A stretch of DNA of 38,405 nucleotides. Origin: Lophium mytilinum. Its lineage: Eukaryota. The notes under the pieces are model-generated. The model was not told where the DNA came from. It was given only the letters and a program-made list of their open reading frames with translations, and did no database searches. This document shows positions 11,451 through 24,179 of this stretch, in pieces (the first letter of the stretch is position 1; every line of letters begins with the position of its first letter). A program made the translations under genes and the position numbers. Where the stretch lies: assembly GCA_010093605.1 (NCBI GenBank), contig MU004202.1:569560-607964 (forward strand). Reading direction: 5' to 3'.

Positions 11451-13011
11451 CTAGACGTCTTCCTTCCCAGCCTTCTTACTTTCCACGGAGACTTCGTGCC
11501 TTACAGTCACCGCGTTCCCCTTTGGTCCTTCTGAAGTAGACGGCGATCGCTCCGTCGACCACGCATGTGCGACGACGTTGGGCGAGCCAGAGACGAGCGT
11601 CATGTCGAGTTGAGGATTAGTCGTAGAGGTAGATTGCTCGGAGTCTCGCCACTTGCCGGCTGCCTTTGCTGTTTTCCAGGACTTAGGAAAGTAGAGGTTT
11701 GACGTGTCTTCGGTGTCGATGACGGAGACAGGGAGGATGTTGGGTCGGGCTGATGAATACTGAAATAGGCGCTTGAGACCAAACGGCTTCTTCGTCGCTG
11801 CATTTGCCGGGGCAGGGTGCTTGAGCATCGACTCGGTCGTGGAAGAATGGCCGATCGAGGCACTCTGAGAACCATCGGTAACGGTCGTAGCCTGAGACGA
11901 GGAAGCAAGCGAGCCCTTGGACTTGAAGACCGTCTTCGTTTTCTCTGAAACAGAGAACCAGCTAGTCTTCATCGATACCGTGCTCGACTCTAATGCCTGC
12001 ACCACTTTGCCGAGGCCCAACTTGACCATCCACCCTTTATATAACTGGTATGCTTCTGCGCCGGTGCCGAGGAGGAGGAAGATGAGGAATCCATTTGCGA
12101 TGCGGATCCAAACTTCGTAGCGGACCTTACCTTCGCTAGGAACGTAGAGCATCATGTCGCCTGTATGCTCATGCACGGTATCCCAATCGTAGGGATCGTT
12201 TTCGAAGCGGAGGGCACTAGCGTTATCGTAAAGGATGTAGAAGACCAGCGGCAAAGTGCCTATGCAAATGATGAAGGCAACAGCAAAGAGGCGGAGGAAT
12301 CGAGAGTTGGTCTGGCCGCGGGCTTGAACGAGATGGCTGAACTGGGAGCGATATTTATAGAGGCGGTAGACGAGGATGACTGTACGGGTCAGCGTTTGCA
12401 AATGAGGGGAGAGATCAAGATAGAGGTAGCTTACCGGAGTAGTAGGCAGCAAAACTGTCGATGATCGGCGGCCAGATCCAGACGAAGACAACGGATGCCC
12501 AGCTGGTGTGGAAGCCGGGACCGCAGCCTTGGATGCCGTAGATGAAGTAGCGGATGGTTTGCACAAAGTAGTACATGACCATGGACAGCAAAGGGAAGAC
12601 CCAGCACCAGAGAAGGTCGAAGATGAGTTCCCGGATCCGGTGGGCGCGTGACGGCGCGACGACGATGTTCTTGGTGTCTAGGACTTTTGCCAGCCTTCGG
12701 AGAATGCATGCGAGGCCGCCCGGAAGAGCAACCCAGGCTGCGATGACGAGCCGAGACTCAATGTCGCAGAGCACATTGCCATCCCACCATTCTGCAAGAT
12801 TGTCGCGTGGCCAGATGATCGCGTTGGTGACGTTGATGAGGTTCATGATTATGATCCAGAGGACGAGGCTCGTGGCGGCCAGGTTGCGTTGGTGGCAATG
12901 CCAAATGAGCATTGGGATGTCGAGGACGATGGTGATAGATGAGAGGACAGGTATGACCACCGCAATGGGGTAATAGGGATATTTGATCCGTTCCAAGATC
13001 GAGGAGGCCAT
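11451..13011 (-). CDS. STE3: Ste3-type (a-factor-like) pheromone receptor GPCR
   Basis: ATG 13011; intron 12380-12434 (GTAAGC...GCTGAC...CAG). Ste3 hallmarks NAIIWPRDNLAEWWDGNVLCDIESRL, YYFVQTIRYFIYGIQGC and SRFLRLF; multiple TM helices and a Ser/Thr-rich tail. Confidence 0.92.
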
Positions 13012-14172
13012 CCCGGACGCTGATAAGGAGAAGCCGAGCAAGGTTTTTAGAGCTTTTTCGATCGTCGAAGGCAGGGCTGAGGTGTAGGGCTTGGAGCTTG
13101 AAGTAGATGGCGTCTGATGATCCAATAGCCAATTGGGCAGAGCCTCTGAGCCGACCTGGGTGTTTCTGCCGGTGGCTTGGAGAGAAATTGAGAATGAAGG
13201 AGCAATCGAAGACGAACAAAGATGGAGGACGAGGAATGTGGAAGGAGAAGACGAAGTACGATATAAGACAGAGTAGATAGTAGAAGCGCGTGTGGCCGCT
13301 CAATAGCTCAATAAGGCCAGCTGCCTCAATAAGGTCAATAAGATCATGCAGCAAACTCTCGCGAGAAAGGTCTAAACGGCGGAAAGTTGGATACTTCAAG
13401 CAACGAACATAGTAGTTGCGCTCGAGAATCAAGTCAGAGTAATTGCACTTATTGCATCTCGTCGGACGCCTCAGAATGCCGTGGATTGTGCCCTTTGTAC
13501 ATGGTGGCCATGGTGATGCACTGAGACCGACCCAGATCTCGCTTGACGCTTTTGGGTCTGAATAAGAAGCGGGAAATGTACGCGACTTTTGAATAACAGA
13601 AAGCTGCAGGAGGCACTAGAGACACCTCCTGAGTCTTAATGAGCCTTCAAGACAGTCATGGCTGAACTCAAAGCTCTGGGAAAAGGAGGTTCTTGGGGAG
13701 TGCGCTGGGGACATGTGTGGATGAGTGTTAGTCATTGGGGGTACTTTCTATGGGGATGTCAACTGCTTCGGCTGTGCCATATGTGAGCCAAGAAGTCCTC
13801 TGCTCTCAGATGAAGAAAGCTGCCGCCATCATGGAGGCGATGGTAATTCGGCGTCGTGATGTTTGGTGTTGAGTTCTACAATTGTCCGAAAGGGGAAAGG
13901 TCGACCCGTGACGTAGGTCTTGGCGTTCTGCAGCGGAACTGGAGATGGAGTGTTGATTGGAGCGTAACAAGACCGAATCAACCAACACCTTCTCCGCGGC
14001 CAGCATGGCCTTTGCTTCTTCAGCCGGCGACGACGCTATCGGCACCGCGACTGTTACTCGGGTTCTATACCGCAAGGGCATTGCCCGCGCTGCTGTTCGG
14101 AGGACGACGCGAACACACGACCTCGGCACCGTCATCACTTCTTGAAGCTCCACACTTCCTTCTAGGCAAACT

Positions 14173-15584
14173 ATGGCAAACGCGACTGCAGAAACCTCGG
14201 GCGCGCAGATAAATCCTCAACTGCGCCAGAGAATGCTCAACCGCGCCTCGACATTCGCCGAGGGAGTGCAGCCTGCTCCATCACTACCGCGTCGACGAAG
14301 CTCAGTTCTCTCCGACCTGTCGGAGAGCCGGCATTCCCTGCGCTCGCGCTCTTCGACCGACAATCTCGTTCGATCTGGCTCCTATGATGGCATGGAGAAT
14401 TTGATTCAATCCGAGGAATCCTCCCACTGGCATTCGGCGCCCCTCGCTTTTGCTATACTCCCGGCTGTTGGCGGTCTTCTATTCAAGAATGGCAGCTCCA
14501 TCGTAACAGATGTGCTGCTTCTAGGCTTGGGATCTCTTCTTCTGAACTTTTGTGTCAGGACACCATGGTACTTGCCCGCTCGCATGCCGAAGATGACTGA
14601 GAGGCTAATGATCATAGGGACTGGTATCATGCCGCGCAAGCTGTTCACGTCCTCGACCCGGAACCCGACCTTTACTCTAGCACCATAATTGAGGAGGAAA
14701 GCGACGAAGATGGAGACGGAGAGATCGCTTCGCCGGACCAGACTCCCGCAGACCGGTCTCCGAAACCAGAGCAAAGCAGTACCAACACAAAATCAGTCGA
14801 ACAAGAGGCCGCGGCTGGTGAATTGCGTCGGGAAGAAATTATCGCGTTGTTAGCATGCTTCGCTGGCCCATTGATTGGTGCATACTTGTTGCATGGGATC
14901 AGAAGTCAGCTCACGCGACAATCCGAAGGCCTTGTGTCAAACTACAATCTCACTATATTCGTCATGGCGGCAGAATTGCGACCTATCTCGCACCTTGTCA
15001 AGATGAAGAAAGCTAGAATGCTCCATTTGCAGCGAATTGTCCGACCCGAGTTATCCCCAATTCAAGACATTGCAAAAGCCGATGCCCAGGAACTATCAAG
15101 ACGGCTTGCTGAAGTGGAGGAACGACTAGTAGAGAGCGGGCCCAAGTTCAAAGATGGAAACGTCCTAGAGATCAGTGGTGTAGTCAGGCAGAACATCCAA
15201 CCGCAGCTCGACTCGCTGAATCGAGCAATGCGGCGGTACGAGAAACGGCTTACGGCAATGTCAATTCAGTCGGAAGGTCGCTTTGGGGAACTCGAGATTC
15301 GGATAAAGGACGCCCTGTCCTTGGCAGCATCTGCAGCTAGGACAGGGCAGAAGCCCGGGGTCGTCGCTGTGGCCTTGACATGGGCCAGCAACTTCTTCAA
15401 ATTCTGGCTTCAAACGCTATGGGCTGTCTTTGTCTACCCATTCCAGCTGGCAGCTTCTTGCTCTGCAGCCATCAAATCGTGGTTCGTACGTCCACAACGA
15501 TCAAGTAGGAGAAGAGGGCAGGCGAAGGGCGAAGAGCACGCGTCGATTGCAACCTCTCGAATGCACTCCAGAAGCGGCCGATGA
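14173..15584 (+). CDS. Conserved fungal hypothetical membrane/coiled-coil protein
   Basis: Intron 14568-14617 (GTACTT...GCTAAT...TAG) joins ORF 14173 in frame to ORF 14823 (RTPW|DWY). Hydrophobic segments PLAFAILPAVGGLLF and LLACFAGPLIGAYLLH; coiled-coil region. Confidence 0.85.
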
Positions 15585-16082
15585 CAAGCAACTGGCAGGT
15601 AATTCTTTATATCATTCTTCACTACCACCTATTTATTATTGAGCGTCATTCCAAAATACCGAGAGACTGCTTAACGGGTTTCTTATGCTATCTCTCCCTT
15701 TTTCTCATCTTCCATGCAGGTTCCAGTAATCATCGATACCCCCACGTCTCTGGATCAATTGACACAACTCTTCTCACTCTCATCCATCTGCCAACCAGAA
15801 GCAAAACGAGTGGTGTTACGACCATTGATGTCGGGAACTGAACTAATTCGGCTTGCCGTGCTACTAAAGACGACGGTCTAGCAAGTGCGACATTACCCCA
15901 CTACACTACCCCACCATCGACCCTGCATCGATCAGTAATGTCACCTCGTGATTACATTTGTATGATTCACATTCACCTACTTCTGAAGCTACCCTCGTGT
16001 TTTTGTACAACATCAATCTGCAGTGCGATTATCTGTCTTTTCCTAGCCTGCCACCTAACCTTACGTGCCTCGAAACGTCATC

Positions 16083-17255
16083 ATGCCACTTCCATCCGAC
16101 CTCCACATCGATGTCTCCAAGTTCGACCCGGCCAAGTCCAACCCGAAGACCGAGGAGTTCAACAAGAAGCTCATTCAAATAGCAAAGGGTGGCCCGCGAT
16201 GGTATGAGGTACGTCTGCACCAATCACATCAATTGGCTAGAGCTCTTTATTGACACAGTTCATACAGGTTGGAGCAGCCAAGTACCGCAAGATGCGATGG
16301 AACGGCGAAACCCCACTCCCTAAGCCCGTCGTAATCGAATCCGGAGTCAACGGCACCTTACCCTCGAGAGACCCAGGTCGTGAATTGACATACCGCCTGT
16401 TCAAGCCGGAGAAGGGTGAAGTCAAGGGAATATACATGCACGTTCACGGTGGTGGCTGGGTCTTGCAGTCGGAGGCATAGTACGTCTTCTCACGTATGTG
16501 GAAAGATCGACTCGCTGAACAACGCAGTCAGGATGGCTTGCTGAAGTACATGGCGGACAACACCGGCCTCGCTGTTGTCTCAATCGGATACAGACTCGCA
16601 CCGGAGGACCCATGGCCCGCAGGCGCTGAAGATTGCTACGATGCGGCGGAATATCTCGTTGAGCATGGAAAAGAGAGGTTCGGAGGCGAGCTCATGTTCA
16701 CCGGCGGCGAGGTAGGCTTCTACTTCCACCATCCTTCCAATTCCACATCCAAGCCGGCTAACCCTCGTCACGCAGTCTGCCGGCGGCCACTTCGCCGTCC
16801 TCATTGCCCTTCACCTTCTAAAAACCAAACCTACCTTCGCTTTCCGCGGCCTCCTCCTCCACTTCGGCTGCTTCGACCTCTCCGGCTTCTTGCCCATGGT
16901 CGACCACCACGAGCGCGCCTTGGTTATCGATCGCGACATCATGAAGCGGTACATCGATGTACTGCTACCCAACACGACCATCGAGCAGCGGCGCGACCCC
17001 ACCATCTCCCCCTTCTTCGCCGACCTGAGAGGCCTGAAGTTGCCGCCGGCGCTATTCACCTGCGGGACGGAAGATCCGCTGCTGGATGATACGGTGTTCA
17101 TGAGCGCGAAGTGGATGATGTGGGGGAATGAGGCAGTGGTGAGGATTTACAACGGCGCGCCGCATGGGTTCATCATGTTCCCGCCCGGGACGATTGACGC
17201 CGTGCAGGAGGGGTTGGATGCGAGTACGGATTTCGTGAAGGAGAAGCTTGGCTGA
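16083..17255 (+). CDS. Alpha/beta hydrolase, HSL-like esterase/lipase family; 4 exons
   Basis: HVHGGGW oxyanion motif, YRLAPE, GE|SAGG nucleophile elbow formed across intron ~16712-16775, EDPLLDD and PHGF (Asp/His of the triad). Other introns ~16209-16268 and ~16480-16528. Confidence 0.92.
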
Positions 17256-17750
17256 GCTGGTACGAGGAAGCGTGGGTATGTAAATCGCATGACATAAGTA
17301 TACATAACAAGCTGTACATGGTTGTGTCAATACTTCTTGAGAAGACTGAAGCTAGAAGCATAAGGCATTTCCCAATTTTAATTGGATACGTCCTGGCATT
17401 TACAGCCCTGCGACATCACTTTGGACACTCTCCTTCCACTGTTTGCTGTACATCTAGAAACTTTTCATTCTTCAAGTACGTTGCAAGAGTCGGTGTAGTG
17501 GATTGTAGGGTACCTTTTAACTGGCTGAGCAACTGCGCGTTGAGCTACTACGGACAGTGCTGTCGACCTGAAAAGACCGGAGCCCAAGCAGTGGGATATT
17601 GATGATACGGCTCAAAAGCTGACGCGCTGCAGATGCGGCTTCCCTTTGGCGTGTCTACTATTTGCTATCTAGGCTAGTCCTAACGGTGCTATCGCCCCAG
17701 CCATCTCTCTGCGGCAAGCCGATCCTTTTAAAGCCTAATCTCCTACTACG

Positions 17751-17939
17751 CTAAAGCTTGTAGTAAAAGCATTCGTCACACTTCTCATGTCCGCAACAGC
17801 TGCAGATGCCCCAGTTATCGGAGTTGTCCGTTGCGCAGTCGCTACACCACCATATTCTGCGTCGATGGAGGATAGGCGCCCTCTCGGAGTCTAATAGGTC
17901 TCGCTGTTGTAGGAGCCAGTGGGTAAGTCGATTGAACAT
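17751..17939 (-). CDS. 62-aa Cys-rich protein with a RanBP2-type zinc finger
   Basis: WWCSDCATDNSDNWGICSCC matches W-x-C-x2-C-x3-N-x6-C-x2-C exactly, followed by H-x2-C-x2-C. Confidence 0.6.
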   Translation of the reverse strand: MFNRLTHWLLQQRDLLDSERAPILHRRRIWWCSDCATDNSDNWGICSCCGHEKCDECFYYKL

Positions 17940-18787
17940 ATTGGCGATGCTCGGGAAATGTTAAAGCTCTCGAAAGGTAAGCAAGGACTGGTTGTAAGAA
18001 GATTGAGAGTATATGTAGCGCCAGCGACGCGGTCGAGTGGCCCATCATTACATCGTCGGCGCTGTGGCTTAGCTTTGGAACATTAAGCTGGCTTTTTCGT
18101 GTCACAGTGTCGAACCTTCACCCTCCTCGGATTCGTGGGTTGAGTAGCATTGTTTTGCTTGAATTGAACGTGGACTTCTCGAGTGAGTCGATTTTAGGTA
18201 CAGTGACAGGCCATAAGTATGGGCACACTGCCTTTGGTACCCCAAGGACTTCGACGATCCAAGGCGATGTCGAGGTTCAAGGAGTACAGATCAGACTTCC
18301 TTTTGACTAAGTAGCTGCTTAGCAGTCAGGCTGCCCCCTACAGTGGTATCCAGCGAGCAATACTGGAGCGATCAGTGACAGATCTTTGTGCCTAGACTTA
18401 CGGCATGGTGCTGTACTGTTGTGGCAACAATCTATTCGCCACCGCGCTTTGGCCTCATATTCTACCATCTATCACGTCACTAGTTCAAGCGACAACAAGG
18501 CTGGCTGGAATGGGATTGGTATTGAAACAACGTGAAAAGCGTTCACTGATCACATGTCAAAGGTAAAAATGATGTGAGTAATGTTTCTCAAATTGAACTA
18601 TCTCCATATGATTGTGAAATGTCTGCTTGGGGAAATAGAGTCACCGCTCAAAACATCATCATCATCTCAAGCTAGAAGCAAAGCAAAAGAAAAGAATGCT
18701 CCTTCAAAGGAACCTCACTCACGCAAAATCAAGAAAGACAAGTAGAAAGAAAAGAAAACCTCTACCGATCTCAACTCAGACCATCAC

Positions 18788-20993
18788 CTAATAAGCGGTC
18801 CGCTCAACGACCTTCCCGTTCGCGCCCCGCTTGCTGAAAGTATCATTGCCCCAGACCACATCCGGGGCGTTGCCTTCGGCAAAGCTGGTCTTCTCACCCT
18901 GCTTGCCTGCATTGAAAGGGTCCGCGCTGTACGGAGCCAACGCTGCTGCTTGCGAGAATGCCTGCCATCCGGACGCCTTCTCGATTATATCCTCTGATAG
19001 ACCGCTCTTGATAGCAGTTGCCGTGTTCGAGGCAGTTCGAGTCTTTCGCAGCGGAGCGGGCTTGGTGGAGGGGCCGCCACGCTGGCGGAAGTTCCGCTTC
19101 TGATGGTTCGAGGGAGCGCGACCGGGCTGGACACGCTTGACCTGGGTGGCGGGTGCGGTGTTCTCAAGGCGGACATCTTTCACGACGCGGGTGGTGGGAA
19201 AGGCGGAGTCCTCTAGGCGAACGTCCTGAACGAAACGACTTGGGCGTGGATATTCGGACTGGACACCGTTGGCCTGTCCAGCGATTGCTTTGCGGCCTGG
19301 GCAGTCGAACGACTTGTGTCCACTCTCGTTGCAGTGGTAGCACTTGCCCTTGAACTCGTAATGGCGGGGAGCCCGAACGGGCCTGGGAGAGTTGGCGTTG
19401 TCAGAGGCCTTGCCTGAAGGCTTCTGTAGGCTCGAGTCGGTGGAGGTTGGCTTTAGGTCGGGAGCTTCGGTGGTGATAGGATGAGCATCACGCGTTGGCG
19501 AAACAGAGGAAGAGTGATTGTTATCACGGGATGAGGCATCGTGGAAGGTTGACGGAGCGACCTTCCGTGGCGAAGGCTCGGTTGCTGCCACGTCGCCTGG
19601 CTCAGCGCCTTTCATGAACTCGGCATGCTCAGAAAGATCAAGCTCCGGTTCGGCGGTGATGCAACCACCAGATGAGGTATTGAGCGCAAGAGGCTGGACA
19701 GTTGGTGGTGTAGCGCCAAGATTTCCCTCAGCGTCGAGTTCATCATTATTGGTATCAGGAGGACTATCTTCGTCGTTATCGCCAGAAGTTTCCTGCTTCA
19801 ACAGCGTGGTAGAGCAACCAGAGAGCACTGCTTCAGAGATTTGTAGAAGGGCGGAGGTGACGTTGGAGGACTCGGTCTCACTTGGGCCATTCTCTTCATC
19901 GTCATCTAGTGCTATGTTAGTCTTATAAATATGGATAAGTCTAATGAAAGCTTACCTGCTGTCTCGCCCTCGTTCGTATCCTCTTCGACGCCCTCGTCTT
20001 CCTCGCCTTCGACGTCCTCTTCGATTTTGTATAGAATACCTTCTTCCAACACCTCTCTCTCGGGCTTGCCATCCGAACCGATTGTCAGTCGGTTAAATAT
20101 AGACCGTCCTGCTGATGGTGTAGGTGTCTGCGCGTCGTCGCTCGTGACCTCGTCAAAAGCCGTCCTCTCTTCGGCTTCTGTGATATTTTCTTCCTCCAAA
20201 TTGATGACCATATGTTCGTCGGTCCACACAGAGGAGAGATTGTCGTCCATGGTGCATTCGTCGGTGTCCGACCAGATCGGCTTCTCTTCCAAGTTTTTAG
20301 TGACAAGATGTCTGTCACTGAAGACGGAAGAGAGATTATCGTCCATCGTCCCTTCGCCAAAGCTATCATCCTCTCCGATGGCCTCCAACTCGCCCTTATC
20401 CTGCTCAAGCTCCTCGATCTTGAACGCCAGGATGGCATGCTTGGCCTTCAAGTCGACAAGTTGGCGGCGTAGAGCCTCGCAATCAGTGCACGGGGGTACA
20501 TCGATATAGATGGGAGAGGGTTTTGGTAAAATAGACGAGTCGGATAGTAGGCCATGAGCATCTGCACAGGAGTCGATTAGCCCGACGTCACGAGCCTGCT
20601 TTTCTTTGCAATACATACCAGCATCAGACACAGCCTTCGATTCAGTCTCCTTGACCTTGGTGAAGAACTTGTCGATCGAAGATTGCTTCAGAGAGGGACT
20701 ACGAGAGCGCGTCGATTTTGACGAACGACTCGAGGACTCAGAGCTAAACAAAGTGGCGGCTTCGTGTTGCGCGGCCTTCGCGAGAAGAGCTACAATGAGA
20801 GTTAGGTAATATACTCCAACTAACAGAACTTGGCCTTACCTTTGATAGCTATCTTTTCGAGAAGCTGCTCGTAAGTCTTTCCCGTCCAATCGCAAATAGC
20901 GGCAGGAATCTCCGCATCGTCAGAGAGGTAGGGGGCGGGATCGCATGACGCAGAACGAAGGGGTGGAGAGGGTAAGCCAGTCTTGCTCAACAT
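18788..20993 (-). CDS. Low-complexity acidic/coiled-coil protein with one CCHC zinc knuckle; 3 exons
   Basis: ATG 20993; introns 20790-20839 and 19912-19955 join three ORFs in frame. CYHCNESGHKSFDC = C-x2-C-x4-H-x4-C. Confidence 0.75.
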
Positions 20994-22849
20994 GATGGGA
21001 AGCCAATAAGATAGCAAGGAAGAAGAATTGTGAGAGGGTGGGACAGCAGAAGGGGGCTGTGATACTACAGTGGAGTGCTTGCGGAAAGGTGGTTGGGTTG
21101 TGGTTGTCAAGACACGATGGGGCAAGTCTGAGGAAGGGAGACAGCTCTGGTTGGGGGATGGATTTATATCAGTTGTGGATTGACCGTCACGTGCCTACAG
21201 GTGCAGCTAGTGAATAATTCGACCGAGGACATTCGTCTTGCTCGAACGTTCGAGGGATGTTGTGTCCCACTGAAGAGAATAGATTCACTATCATTAAATC
21301 ACGGCGTTATGTGAGACAGCCAAACGCAGAAGCTTGTTCTCCCAAAACAGCCCCTAATTAAGCATGAAGGCTAAGAAGAGAAATTTAGCAAGTCGGGGCC
21401 TTGTTTTGATTCTCAAAAGACGATGCTGGACGCGATGTGTTTATAGAGATGCAATAACCGTCCTTATACTTGGCACATGTTTAGTGAGTGAATGAGAAGA
21501 TATGGAGCAATACGGCTGGATTTCAGACCGTAGCGACGCGTGCCCAATGATGGAAGGGGGATGTTATATACATGATTTACCATGATTGCTATTAGCACCC
21601 CGGATTGCTACCAGCATTATTTGCTACATGCGATTGTTCTGGTCTAGCAAATACAACCACGGTCTTTGTCAAAAACAATGAGTAAAATCCAGCTGCAGTG
21701 AGGAGCTCTTTGGCATCCTCTTCGGTCGCATTTCGAGACCTCATACTCGCAATGTGTATACTCGTACTAGGAGTGTAATCGCAGGCCGCAAACGTTGATC
21801 TCGCTCTTGTGGACCAATTCTGTCATATAGAATTAGCATGACCACTACGCTCTCTAAGTCGGACGTACGTACATCCCATTGGTAATGCTATAAGCACTTT
21901 AAACACGCAAGTGGGAATTGCCACGGCGCCAGCTACACACAAAATAGTCATGACCCAGTTGGAGTAGTAATGCTTTCCGCATTCTTGGCAATTGCAAGTC
22001 CGAAGGTTGTGTTCGCATTCGTAGTACCCGTGCCAAGATATCAGCTCGTACATGATGGGCGCTATGGTGATGAATTATTGGTGGGTAGGTGGGTAGGGGT
22101 AGGTTGGTGGTCGAGTCTGCTGAGGGGAAGGCTGGAGTCTCGAATTCAATGGTTTCTTTTCATTGTACACAAGGTATGAGCAACGTAGACTGTCGACCTG
22201 AGTATTGTTTTTGCTCGAATTCACCCCGTTGACGTGACTTGAAGCTACTCTCAATGCTGCTGCCGCAGCTTTCACCTCCTTAAGTCCTCATAAAAGGATC
22301 CGACCTTTCATGGAAACTAGCACCACACTCACAAATACCTAGGTACAACCACAACCTTTCGACGCCACCAGGCAAACTTCCTGGCACTCACAATGGCCCC
22401 CTACGCTTTTTACCTTCCAGAAGTTCTCGCCCAGGCCTGCCACCCATATCCTCCTGGGGTTTATCCTATCTTCATCTCCGAGCACGCACCACCCCATCCT
22501 ATACTTCAATTTCGCCGTAAGTTCATCTTGAGTTGTCCTTATCTTGAATCTTGCTGAATGAACAATCCAGGAACCGAGTACATCCAGTACCAGCAGACTC
22601 TCCGCATACAAGCATGGGCTAATCTCCTATCACGGGGTGATACCCCATTCTGGCCCGGGACTCAATCGGCAAGTGGACGTCGCTATGGTAAAGCGTCTAC
22701 ACGTGGTAAAAGTAAGTTTCACCTTACAATGCTCAGCCATTGCTTGGTAACGTGCAGCTGTCTAGGGGAGTATATCTTCGCGTATACGTAGGCACAAGCA
22801 CTGACCGCGAACAGAAGTTCAACCGACCACACCTCCACGGGCTACCTCA

Positions 22850-23416
22850 GTGATCCAGCGTCCCCGCTTGATCCCACCATCGAAACACTGCGCTGCACTT
22901 CCCCCTGAGCTGTGGATCGAGATCCTCTCCAAAGTGGCTGAGGCGGAGGGAGCTGTCTACCTCTGGCAAATTCGCCATGTGTCCCAGGTCTTCCGCTTCG
23001 CAGTCCTAAAGGTACTCACGGATCTTCACCTCCCAAATATCGCCATCGAATTTGTCCGGAACCGCCGCGTAGTTGCTCGCCTGCAGCTCAAGGGGCTGAC
23101 AGGAGAGCACGGAGACCAAAAGGCCACCTTCGGCGTTTGCGCTGACGTCAGTGTCGTGAGCCTGAATTGGGAGAAAGTGGTCGAGGGCTGGGAGCAGGAG
23201 GAAGTGAAAATGCGTAGCGGATGGGCGGAGATGTGGGCTCACGACGAGGGAGGGATGGCATTGGCCTTGAACAAAGAGAAAGGAGAGCTCGAGGTTGGGA
23301 TCGGGGATCTCTTTGACTGGTTCCTTGGAAACGAAGTCAACGCGCATTTCTTCCCCAACATGCCGGAGAAGCCTGAAGAACAGGCTGGTATTCGGGGGAG
23401 GTTTGCATTCCGGTGA
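22850..23416 (+). CDS. F-box-like hypothetical protein (5' end uncertain; may have an upstream exon)
   Basis: ALPPELWIEILSKV...YLWQIRHVSQVFR is F-box-like. Acceptor CTGAC...CAG at 22814 and candidate donor GTAAGT at 22712. Confidence 0.6.
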   Translation: MIQRPRLIPPSKHCAALPPELWIEILSKVAEAEGAVYLWQIRHVSQVFRFAVLKVLTDLHLPNIAIEFVRNRRVVARLQLKGLTGEHGDQKATFGVCADVSVVSLNWEKVVEGWEQEEVKMRSGWAEMWAHDEGGMALALNKEKGELEVGIGDLFDWFLGNEVNAHFFPNMPEKPEEQAGIRGRFAFR

Positions 23417-24179
23417 GTCTCTTCAACGCTGTTTGAGGAGTTCTAGAGTGCTTCCAGACATCCCAGCAAATCACGAACTCGCCAACTTAGGCGATTCGGA
23501 GCCTAGCTCTACGAAGTAGCCCAATGGTAGAGCATATGGATGGGTAAGCGGAGAATGTCTATGCAGGAAGTGCAAAATGATGTGAAGGGATGATCGACGG
23601 ATTATGTGAGTGTGATGAAGTTTAATAGGTGATCTAGAGGATACAGAATGCGAATCTTGTCCCTTCGCACTAGCTAGGAGTCATACAAGACTAATAGCAT
23701 CTTCACAGAGATGGAATTGGTCTGGTCACGTGGTATTATCAATTGGAGGAGTGAAGACGAATAGAGATCTAAGAGGACTTTAGCGATATTGAGAATATTT
23801 AAGAGGGATATGGATCGTGCGTGCAGTAGACTTCTTGATAGTCATCGATCGTCATTCAGTTTCGACACATGATATTGATCTTCGTGGCTCAGACTCCCGC
23901 TCGAGCTCCATGACACATCAAACATCATTCTCATATGTACTAGGATCTAGTATCGTAGACTTAACAAGTTCGGAAGATTTCACTCGCAGCTTAAGAATTT
24001 GAAGTGACTGCGGGACCTATGGCGCCTCTTCAAATTCGACTTGACCGCGGGGTGCGTGTGAAGAGCGTCCAAAGGCGAACCTCGAAAACATTAGGCGAAA
24101 GACTATTCATTGCGTAGTCTCAAAAGAGTCCTTATCTTCTCTCCACTCCCATCGCGTCGTCCATTTGTACAGCTCTCCA

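Noticed and set aside
11451..13011. Mating-type locus
   Set aside because: No HMG-box, alpha-box, APN2 or SLA2 gene in the window; ascomycete receptors lie outside MAT.
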